DNA of 63,428 nt, filler included, from Anaerolineae bacterium (GTDB taxonomy: Bacteria > Chloroflexota > Anaerolineae > B4-G1 > DUEL01), in the NCBI GenBank assembly GCA_041082215.1. It is 7 parts of 7 records of this genome, joined end to end, with 100 filler letters (N's around TTAATTAATTAA, not from the genome) between each part and the next. Parts side by side here need not be neighbours in the genome. Positions count along the whole stretch, not along the records: positions 1 to 22,229 come from JBDOIF010000124.1; positions 22,330 to 25,780 come from JBDOIF010000145.1; positions 25,881 to 30,678 come from JBDOIF010000157.1; 4 more parts are not named here. One strand, 5' to 3'. Under the pieces are notes generated by a model. That model had not been told where the DNA came from and ran no database searches. It was given only the letters and a program-made list of their open reading frames with translations. The stretch's first letter is position 1. Every line of letters begins with the position of its first letter. Shown here piece by piece: positions 18,801 to 26,590 of the stretch. A program made the translations under genes and the position numbers.

Positions 18801-20696
18801 CCGGCGGAAGCCGGGGCCTTCCACCTGGAACACTCCCACCACCTCTCCGCTGGAAAGGAGCTGATAGATCTCAGGGGCGTCCAGGGGGATGGAGTCCAGG
18901 TCCAGCTCCACCCCGTGCCGTTCCCGGATCAGCTCGCAGGCCCGCTGCATCACCGTCAGCGTGCTCAGTCCCAGGAAGTCCACCTTGAGCAGGCCGATGG
19001 CCTCCAGGTGCTCCATCGGCCACTGGGTGACGGCCTTCAGGAGGGAGGGGCGACCGGCCTGTTCGCCCCTGCTTGGGGAGCCGTCCTCCTGGACGCCCTC
19101 CCCTCTGGTGGGCCGGTGGAGGGGGCAGTATTCCACCAGAGGGGCGTCGGCGATGACCACTCCGGCGGCGTGGGTGGAGGCGTGGCGGGCCACTCCCTCC
19201 AGTTGGGCGGCGGTATCCAGCAGGCTGCGGACGTAGGGGGTGGTCTCGTAGAGCTGTCGCAGCTCTGCCACCTGCTCCAGGGCATCGGATATGGAGATGG
19301 ACTTGCCGGGGAAGCTGGGGATCATCTTGGCGATGCGGTCCACCTCTGTCAGAGGGATATCCATCACCCGGCCCACATCCCGCACCGCCGCCCGCGCTCC
19401 CATCGTCCCAAAGGTGATGATCTGGGCCACGTTCTCCTGACCGTACTTGCGGACGGCGTACTCGATCATCTCCTCCCGCTGGTCGTCGGGGAAGTCCAGG
19501 TCAATATCCGGCATAGAGATGCGGCCGGGGTTGAGGAACCGCTCGAAGATGAGGCCGTTGGACAGGGGGTCCACCATCGTGATGCCCAGGCTGTAGGCGA
19601 CGATGGAGCCGGCGGCGGAGCCGCGGGCGTTGTACCAGATGCCCCGCTCCCGGGCTGCCCGGCAGAGGTCCCAGACGATGAGGAAGTAGGTATCGAACCC
19701 CATCTGTCGGATGATGGACAGCTCGTGTTCCAGCCGCTGATGGACCTCGGGACTGGAGGCCCGGTCGCCGTACCGGCGGCGGAGTCCCTCTTCGCAGAGG
19801 GCGCGGAGATAGGAGGCAGGCGTATGTCCGTCGGGCACCTGGAAGGGTGGCAGGTGATAGGTGGCGAAGTCCAGCTCCACCTGGCACATCTCGGCGATGC
19901 GCAGGGTGCTGGTCAGCGCCTCGGGCACCTCGGCGAAGAGGCGGGCCATCTCCTCCGGCGTGCGCATGTAGTAGGTATCCCCTTCATACCGCAGCCGGTC
20001 GGGGTCCTTGACGCTCTTGCCGGTGCCGATGCAGAGGAGGACATCGTGAATGGGGGCCTGTTCCCGATGGAGGTAATGGACGTCGTTGGTCGCCACCAGA
20101 GGGAGGTCGAATTCCCGGGCAAAGGCCAGCAGATGGCGGTTGACCTGGTCCAGTTCAGCTTTGTCGTGGTCCTGGAGTTCGAGGAAGAAGCGGCCGGGGA
20201 AGACCTGGCGGTACCAGGCGATGGTCTGGCGGGCTTCTTCCACCAGTCCCTTCTGGAGAAGGCGGGGGATCTCCGCAGAGCCGCAGCCGGAGGTGACGAT
20301 GAGCCCCTCGCTATGTTCAGCCAGCACTTCTTTATCTATGCGGGGCTTGTAGTAGAAGCCATCCAGCATCGCGATCGTCGCCAGGCGAAGCAGGTTCTTA
20401 TAGCCGGCCTGGTTCTGGGCCAGCAGCAGGAGGTGGTAGGGCTTACGGTCCTCCACGGCGTGGCGGTCCTGGATCCGCCGCCGGGTCAGGTAGGCCTCGA
20501 GGCCGATGATGGGCCTGATTCCGGCCTCCTGGGCGGCCTGGTAGAACTCGACGACGCCGTAGAGCGCGCCGTGGTCGGTGAGCGCCAGGGCCGGCATGCC
20601 CAGCTCGGCCGCCCGTCCCACCAGCGCCCTGGGGCTGTTGAGACCGTCGAGCAGGGAATAATAGCTGTGGACGTGGAGGTGCACGAACTCGGCCAT
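15831..20696 (-). CDS. dnaE: DNA polymerase III alpha subunit containing an intein
   Basis: FVHLHVHSYYSLLDG, ALTDHG (PHP), RGSAAGS, PDIDLDF and GFNK/SHA motifs, plus a C-terminal OB fold. Confidence 0.97.
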   Translation of the reverse strand: MAEFVHLHVHSYYSLLDGLNSPRALVGRAAELGMPALALTDHGALYGVVEFYQAAQEAGIRPIIGLEAYLTRRRIQDRHAVEDRKPYHLLLLAQNQAGYKNLLRLATIAMLDGFYYKPRIDKEVLAEHSEGLIVTSGCGSAEIPRLLQKGLVEEARQTIAWYRQVFPGRFFLELQDHDKAELDQVNRHLLAFAREFDLPLVATNDVHYLHREQAPIHDVLLCIGTGKSVKDPDRLRYEGDTYYMRTPEEMARLFAEVPEALTSTLRIAEMCQVELDFATYHLPPFQVPDGHTPASYLRALCEEGLRRRYGDRASSPEVHQRLEHELSIIRQMGFDTYFLIVWDLCRAARERGIWYNARGSAAGSIVAYSLGITMVDPLSNGLIFERFLNPGRISMPDIDLDFPDDQREEMIEYAVRKYGQENVAQIITFGTMGARAAVRDVGRVMDIPLTEVDRIAKMIPSFPGKSISISDALEQVAELRQLYETTPYVRSLLDTAAQLEGVARHASTHAAGVVIADAPLVEYCPLHRPTRGEGVQEDGSPSRGEQAGRPSLLKAVTQWPMEHLEAIGLLKVDFLGLSTLTVMQRACELIRERHGVELDLDSIPLDAPEIYQLLSSGEVVGVFQVEGPGFRRVLQEMRPSRYEHIVAVLALYRPGPMEHIPDYIRRMHGLEKVEHRHPALAPILDETYGIIVFQEQIIRIATDLAGYTASEADLLRRGVAKKKEKELLRHREKFVQGAMENGIPRETAEAIFGDIEYFARYGFNKCLPGDVEIVDATTGRLVTVESLYRGDAAVARTLTCNLATLQLANGSIQAVVDNGVKPVYRLRTALGRTIEATANHPFYTCNGWRPLTELREGERIAVPRRLPIEGRVEWPDHEVIALAHLLAEGNLCHPHSVYFYSKDEELTEDYVRAAEQFPNTHCTVSIHKGTHSVYARRVDRTESPGIVLWAKRLGIWGKRATEKEIPPPAFELTNRQIALLIARMWEGDGHISSRGRSLYYATSSLRMARQMQHLLLRLGIIARLREVEFPYRGDHRTGYQLFITGNNNIITFACLVAIHFVKETNRAAIEAMCLEESVFYETKDVVPLEVKELVRAAKERAGVTWEKVREACGIAPREFHPSSNASKQGFCRQTLARLAAYFDDPALRRYAESDIYWDRVVQIEYVGEKRTYDLEIEGTHNFVANDILVHNSHAADYAVLTCQTAYLKARYPVEYMAALLTVERNNTEKVGMLVSECRRMGIEVLPPDVNRSDLAFTIEDRPEGPAIRFGLGAVKNVGDGPVEAILEARGDRPFRNLEDFCRRVDLRTVNRRALESLIQVGALGPFGPRARLLAALDRMMGLSARVHQAREIGQMSLFGEATGFRLDDDESLFVGLPPAVEASRREVLEWEKELAGTYLSDHPLAGAIRDLSDVITAYAGQLQEEQPDQTVTVVGEVRRIRRHTTRDGKEMAFVTLEDLYGSCDVVVFPRVWESSKEIWLPDRVVVVCGRVNFRGEQPSLLCEWVKLPQEVTRPREGNRPPAAQPSPPSPPSPSPIRRVVQVTIRRSGDMERDFQLLSAVHQLLSSYPGEDRFAFLLTNGPNGDQLLEFPNHSTRYCQELGEKLVDLVGPEAVRVWEERLA
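17124..18401 (-). mobile_element. Intein (426 aa) with LAGLIDADG homing endonuclease
   Basis: Inserted between GFNK and SHA. Begins CLPGD and ends HNFVANDILVHN; contains TANHPF block B and the LAHLLAEG / IARMWEGDG motifs. Confidence 0.95.
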
Positions 20697-20703
20697 CGTT
20701 TGC

Positions 20704-20712
20704 ATTATACCA
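20704..20712 (-). promoter_or_regulatory. Extended -10 promoter of dnaE (probably a leaderless transcript)
   Basis: TGGTATAAT lies 7 nt upstream of ATG 20696 and there is no SD sequence. Confidence 0.55.
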
Positions 20713-20932
20713 CAACTGGAGGGGGGATACGAAAAAACACAGATCCTGATCGTGCGCCAACCGTTGTCCAGAGTCCAAGTCTTTGCTTCAGGCGTACCTG
20801 GCGGGACAGCGTTGGCTCTGACTTCTCAGGTGCGGATGGAGTTGCTGGCCTTCGCTCTCTTCCTGGAGCACCCGGTCCACTCGGGTAAAGGGGATTGAGC
20901 AGCCCGGCTGCGTTGTTGAGAGAGGATAAACA

Positions 20933-22022
20933 TTGAGGAGACCCGGCTGGTACGGGGCGCTGGGGGCGCTGGTTCTGGCCGTGGTGCTCTGGCTGGCGCC
21001 GCGCGGCCTGAGCCTCTACCACCAGGAGCGGGGCGCGCGGCTGCTGGTGCAGGCGCTGGCGGTCGAGGGGCGGACACAGGCAGAAGCAGACCCCTACCTG
21101 CTTTCGGAGCCTGTGATGGATGGGGAAGCGCGGCGGCTGGCCGAACGGGCGGCCGACCGCTTCCGGGCAGCGGTCGAGGCGGACCCGCGCAACGGGCAGG
21201 CCTACCGCTGGCTGGGCCGGGCCGCGCTGCTCCTGGATCGACCCGAAGAGGCGATCGTGGCCTTCTCCGCCGCTACACGGTTGCACCCCGCCAACCCTCT
21301 GGCCTGGTGGGAGCTGGGCCTGGCCTATGAACGGCTGGCTCAGGGACTGGAGGGGGCCGTCCATCTGGCGCTTGCCTCTGATTCTGATTGTACAGCCGGG
21401 CCGGTCCCGATCGCCGCCAGGGATGTGACGATCCTCACCCTCCAGGTGGCAGATATAGAGACGCCGCATGTCCCCATCAACACGCCATACTGTGAGCTGG
21501 GGGAGGAGCCAGAATCCTGTTTCGTGGCGCAGGCGGAGTGGGAGATGCCCGACGCACCGGACCGCCAGCCAGAGGGGTGGTGGGTGCCGGAGGAACCGGT
21601 GAGGCGGGCGGTTTTGTTTATGCACCCCCCCGCCCGGGCTACCTTCACCGTAACCCTGCCGGTGACGCCGACGGCGCTGACCTTCTGGATGGGGATCGAG
21701 CCGACGGTGTGGCCGTGGCTGGGAGACGGGGTGGTGTACCGGATAGAGGTGGACGGGGAGGAGGTGTTTGAGCAGGAGCTCACACCGGAGGCGGCGCGGG
21801 AGGGGTGGCGGCCGGGAGCAGTGGACCTGAGCGGTTGGGTGGGGCGGGAGGTGCGGCTGATGCTGGAGACGGACGCCGGTCCGGCGGGGGACGGGCAGGG
21901 GGACTGGGCCGGGTGGGGGGAGGTTCGGCTGGTAGAGGCGGACTCCGTTTCCTGTGTCCTGGCCTCCTGCCGGGAGCGGGCTGCCGTGGCGTGGCGGGAG
22001 GGAGGCTTCACCGCGGCCCACA
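20933..22022 (+). pseudogene. Membrane-anchored TPR plus beta-sandwich (NPCBM-like) protein, probably truncated by an IS insertion
   Basis: Signal anchor, TPR (AYRWLGRA...AWWELGLAY) and DGVVYRIEVDG domain. Base composition shifts abruptly at about 22020. Confidence 0.55.
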
Positions 22023-22229
22023 TCCACTATGGAAAAGTTCTTTACTTCTTTGATCCACCACTATCTTTGCACTTTACCAGCGATAGAATAGCGGGCAAGG
22101 CCCATCTGAGGGATAATGGGATGTGGCAACAAGCCATCGTCCCGGAGGTGAGCCATGCCCAAGCCCATTGTATGCCTTTCCGAGGGATTGCGCCAGTTCC
22201 TGGAACCCTTCCGTGGTTGCTTCAGCCAG
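22023..22229 (+). mobile_element. Left end of a probable IS701-like element (transposase start at 22155)
   Basis: GGAGGTG RBS then MPKPIVCLSEGLRQFLEPFRGCFSQ running into the contig end; AT-richer leader. The left boundary is approximate. Confidence 0.5.
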
Positions 22230-22329
22230 NNNNNNNNNNNNNNNNNNNNNNNNNNNNNNNNNNNNNNNNNNNNTTAATTAATTAANNNNNNNNNNNNNNN
22301 NNNNNNNNNNNNNNNNNNNNNNNNNNNNN
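22230..22329. other. Artificial contig linker
   Basis: N-run, TTAATTAATTAA (stops in all six frames), N-run. Confidence 0.99.
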
Positions 22330-22513
22330 CCAACACCGCCCCGTGCACCACCAGATAAAAGAACCGGGGCGGGTCCCCTTGCGTGTACAGGACATGACCA
22401 GCGGGAAAGGTCTGGAGCGCCCCAGAACTGGCCACCTGGATCAGCGCCGGCACCGAGAACCCCTGAAAGAGGCCAAATTGACCTAACCGTTCGTAGAGCG
22501 TTGGCTCGCTCAT
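22330..22513 (-). CDS. Cyclic-nucleotide-binding domain protein, 3'-partial
   Basis: FPAGHVLYTQGDPPRFFYLVVHGAV motif. Confidence 0.8.
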
Positions 22514-22549
22514 CACTTCACCCCAGACCAGCGTCCTTCGTTCAGATTC

Positions 22550-22578
22550 ATCTTACCATGTCCGTCATGCTTTGTCAA
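22550..22578 (-). promoter_or_regulatory. Sigma70-type promoter
   Basis: TTGACA-17 nt-TAAGAT with extended TG. Confidence 0.65.
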
Positions 22579-22593
22579 ACGGCCCACGGGCGC

Positions 22594-24040
22594 GGGTGTG
22601 TCTTAATTTAGGGGCAGGGCGGTAAAGGGGGAGTTATGGTAAGATAGGGGGAGGAGGGTATCACCATGAGACACACACGAGAGCAAAAGCGTGCGGAACT
22701 GTTAGCGCAGGTGCAGGCCTTGGTGGAAGAGTTTCTGGATTGGGAAGAGCAGGCGGAGCAGCCGACTCTGACGCAGATTGAGGAGGTTGCTTTGGAGTTA
22801 CGGGCGCGTTTTGGTCAGGCGTTAGCCGGGGTGGCGCTGGCGGGTCAGGAGGCGCGCCAGCCGGTGGCGACGCCGGCCTGTCCGCGTTGTGGGGCAGAGA
22901 TGCGCTACAAAGGGCAGAAAGGACGGGGGGTAGAAAGTCGGTTGGGGTTATTGCGTTTTGATCGGGGTTATTATCACTGCCCCCGCTGCGACAGCGGGTT
23001 TTTTCCCCCTCGACACCCAGCTTGAACTAGGGGCAGGCAGTTGGAGTGCTGAGGTAGTACGGCTGAGCGTGTGGTTGGGCGGGTTGGCGCCGTCCTATCG
23101 GGCGGCGGAGCTGATCTTACAGCAGGTGGGCGGGATCAACATTTCGCGAGGGAGTATCTGGCAACAGGCGCAGGCGTGGGGGGAGCGTTTTGGGGCGTTG
23201 GCTGAGCAGCAACGCCAGCAAGCGAATGCGTTACCTGAACGATGGGCGCCGCCCAGTCGGGCGGTCGTGCGGGACCAGCGCATGGGGGTGGCCCTCGATG
23301 GGGCCATGATCCATATCAAACAAGAGGGGTGGAAGGAACTAAAGATAGGGGCTGTTTTTGAGGTGGGAGTCGAACCCACCCTGGATGCCAAGACCGATGA
23401 AGTGATGCCGCTGGCCCATGCGCAGCACACCAGCTATGTGGCGCATTTGGGTGGGCCCGAGGTGTTGGGGGAGCAGGTGTGGGCCGAAGCGCGGCGGCGC
23501 GGGTGGGAACAGGCCCAAGACACGCTAGTCTTGGGCGATGGGGCACCCTGGATATGGAACCAAGCCGCCTTGCACTTCGGCAGCAGCCACCAATTGATCG
23601 ACTGGTACCATGCCAAAGAGCATCTGGTGGCGGCCAGCCAGGCCCTGAAAGGCGATAACGAAGCGGCGCGCCAGCGTTGGCTCAATAGTCGGGAAACGCA
23701 GCTCTACCAGGGGCAAGCGGCCGCCATTGCCGCCGAACTGCGGGCCGCAGCGGTTGTGCAGCCAGAGCGAGCTGCGGCATTAGAACAGGAGGCGGGCTAT
23801 TTTCATGATAACCAGCGCCGCATGAATTACCTGGAGATGCGGGAAGAAGAGTGGCCGATCGGCTCCGGCATGGTGGAAAGCGGCGCCAAGCAGTTCAAGG
23901 CGCGTTTCTGCGGCCCGGGTATGCGCTGGAGTCGACAGGGCGCCGAAAACTTGATACCGATACGTGCCGCTATTCTCAGCCACCGCTTCGATGAAGTCTG
24001 GAAGGACGTCGCTAACTCGCCCCCAAATTAAGACACACCC
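22594..24040 (+). mobile_element. ISKra4-family insertion sequence (copy A)
   Basis: Terminal inverted repeats GGGTGTGTCTTAATTT(A/G)GGGGC, 21/22 match; two-ORF transposase. Confidence 0.88.
22666..24031 (+). CDS. ISKra4 transposase, two ORFs joined by a +1 frameshift at about 23005
   Basis: ORF1 has a CPRC...CPRC zinc finger. ORF2 has FFPLD, LDG, GDGAPWIW, DWYHA and IGSGMVES. T6C5 motif at 22999-23009. Confidence 0.85.
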
Positions 24041-24049
24041 CCATGAATG

Positions 24050-25442
24050 GGGTGTGTCCCAAATTTGTCGGGTGTGGTAAAATAGGGGGAGAAATGGCCG
24101 GTGGGAGGGGAAAGAATGGCCGAGGAAACGGTAACCCGATTGTCTGAGATACTGAAAGCGGTGTTGGAGTGGTCCAAGTCTCATCCCGGCTCCACGTTGC
24201 GGGACCTGGAAGAGCAGGTGCAAAAAGCGATGGGCCAGGTGCAGAGCGAACTGATGGAAGCAGTGGTGGCCGAACAAGGGGCAGGGCATCTGCCGGAGGA
24301 AGGCTGTGCGTGCGGGGGGAGATGGGTCTTTCAGGGGTATCGGGAGCGTCAGGTGATGACCACCCAGGGGAACATCCGGGTTCGCAGAGCCTACTTCACC
24401 TGTGACCGTTGCGGCGCGGGGGTTTTCCCCCCTGGACCGGCAATTGAGGGCGGTGGAGGGGTGGAGCGAGGGAGCGATTGAGCAAGTGCTGTGGACCGCC
24501 CAGGCGGTCAGTTCGTACCGGGAGGCGGAGGAGGCGCTGTGGCGACTGGCCCATTGGGCAGTGCCCAAGACGACCATTCACCGGATGGTTGAGCGGTATG
24601 GGAGTGCGCTGGTCCAGAGGCGTCAAGCCGAAGCGAAGGCCTTGTGGGAGAGCGGGGTGAAGGGGGAGGAACCTCCCCCGCCCAGAGAGGGGCAGAAGGC
24701 GGAGCTAGGGGTGAGTCTGGATGGGGTGATGGTGCGGGTGGATGACGGCTGGCATGAGGTGAAGGTGGGGTGCTGCTTTGAGTTTGGGCCGGGGGAGCAG
24801 GGGGAGACCGAAGCCTGCCGGGTGGGGTACCTGGCGGGGTATGGGGAGGTAGAGGAATTTCGGCGGATGATGTGGGGGTATGCCTACCATCGGGGTCTTG
24901 GGTTAGAGGGGAAAGCGGTGGTGATTGGCGATGGGGCGGCCTGGATCGATGGCTTTGCGGAGATGTATTGTCCTGGGGGAGTGCGGGTGGTGGACTGGTA
25001 TCATGCGGTGGAGCATTTGTGGGCGTTGGGCCGGGAGGCCTATGGGGAGGAGGGAGTGGGCTGGGTGGAACGGCTGAAAGAGCATTTGGGGCGGGGAGAA
25101 GTGGGGGCAGTGGTGGAAGGGTGCGCCGCAGTGCTGGCAACGCGGGGGAGTTGGAGTGAAGGGGTGGCGCGGACCGCCGATTACTTTGGGGAGCGGGCGG
25201 AGCAGATGAGGTATCCTGACTTTCGGGCAGCAGGGTATCCGATTGGGAGTGGGACGGTGGAAAGTGGCTGCAAGGGGATTGCCTGGCGGTGTAAAGGCCG
25301 GGGGCAGCGCTGGAAAACGAACGGGTTGGTAGCCATGTTGGCGTTACGCAGTGCGGGGATGGGAGGGGCGGAAGAGTGGAAATGGGCCTGGGAGCAGATC
25401 CGCCATGTCACCTGACTCCCCCGACACTTTTGGGACACACCC
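24050..25442 (+). mobile_element. ISKra4-family insertion sequence (copy B, divergent from A)
   Basis: Terminal inverted repeats GGGTGTGTCCCAAA(TT/AG)TGTCGGG, 21/23 match. Confidence 0.88.
24116..25415 (+). CDS. ISKra4 transposase, two ORFs joined by a +1 frameshift at about 24428
   Basis: CACGG...CDRC zinc finger, then SPLD, SLDG, GDGAAWI, DWYHA and IGSGTVES. T4C6 motif at 24423-24432. Confidence 0.85.
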
Positions 25443-25458
25443 GAGGATTCCTAGGGGC

Positions 25459-25487
25459 TTGAAATTCGCGGTAGAACGTGCTACAAT
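25459..25487 (+). promoter_or_regulatory. Sigma70-type promoter, probably leaderless
   Basis: TTGAAA-17 nt-TACAAT with extended TG; GTG start 6 nt downstream. Confidence 0.6.
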
Positions 25488-25493
25488 AGAGTT

Positions 25494-25780
25494 GTGGAGG
25501 ACATCCTGCTGATCGCGGCCGATTGGAAGTTCCGGGCGTTGGTCCGCGCGCAACTCCTGGAAGAGGGCTATTCGGTCAAGGCGGTGCTATCGCCGCAGAT
25601 GGCCTTCGCTCATCTGGTTCGGAGCGGGGAGCGCCCCCGGCTGGTCATCCTGGACACGCACGATACGGCGATCGAGGCCCCACAGCTCAGGCAGCTCCGG
25701 CAACTGACCGACCCGGCCCCCCTCATCGTCTGCTGCGGCGCCCTGGACCGCGCCGCGCTCCAGCAGGCCGAAATGCCCCC
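25494..25780 (+). CDS. Atypical response-regulator receiver domain protein, 3'-partial
   Basis: DILLIAAD...LLEEGY...PRLVILD pattern. Confidence 0.65.
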
Positions 25781-25880
25781 NNNNNNNNNNNNNNNNNNNN
25801 NNNNNNNNNNNNNNNNNNNNNNNNTTAATTAATTAANNNNNNNNNNNNNNNNNNNNNNNNNNNNNNNNNNNNNNNNNNNN
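25781..25880. other. Artificial contig linker
   Basis: N-run with TTAATTAATTAA. Confidence 0.99.
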
Positions 25881-26590
25881 AGGAAGGTCGGCGTGGGCGT
25901 GAAGGTCGGGAACGGGGTGGGGGAAAGAGGGGGTGGATAAGCGGGCAGGTAGAGGGGTTGCCCCACCCACAGCGTGTATCCGTACAGACAGTTAGCCCAC
26001 CGGATGGCCTCGATGGATATACCGAGCCGGTAGGAGAGATTCCAGAGCGTATCCCCCGGCTGGACAATGTAGCGGACCCATCCGGGTGGCGGGCCGCAGG
26101 GGACAGAGGTAGGGGTAGCGAAGAATAGGGGTGGCAGATAGATGATGCGACCTATCGGAAGGGCCTCCCCTCCCAGGCAGTTCCCTTCCACCAGGGCATA
26201 AACCGAAATGCCGGCCCGCCAGGCCAGAGAGTAGAGCGTATCGCCGGGCTGGACCTGATAGGGGAGCCATCCGGCAGGGGGGATACAGGTGGGGTAGATG
26301 ACAGAGGGGGCAGTGGGTGTCGGGAGGGGGACGGTCGGGCTGGGGGAAGGGTAGGGAGAGGGGGAGGCTTCCCCGATGGCCGTCGCCGGAGCGGTCGGTG
26401 GGGGGAAGGTGGGGATCAGCGTGGCCTCCGCCACAGACGTGGCCGGTCGGGGGCCGGCCGCCCGGTCGGCGAGGGGAAGCCAGAGCGTCCCCATCACCAG
26501 CGCGCCTGCCAGCATGGCCAGCAGGCTGCCCAGGAAAAGCAGCCGCAACCCCAGCGACAGGCGGGGGAAAGTGGAAGGGGAATCGCTCAT
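25881..26590 (-). CDS. Membrane-anchored LysM-domain protein (2 LysM, Pro/Thr linkers), 3'-partial
   Basis: Two Y(Q/I)VQPGDTL motifs and an N-terminal TM helix. Confidence 0.9.

Noticed and set aside
18066..20888. 940-aa plus-strand ORF and other long antisense ORFs (e.g. 7125..8903, 34189..36243, 48996..50939)
   Set aside because: Shadow ORFs opposite well-supported genes in high-GC DNA, with no recognisable motifs.
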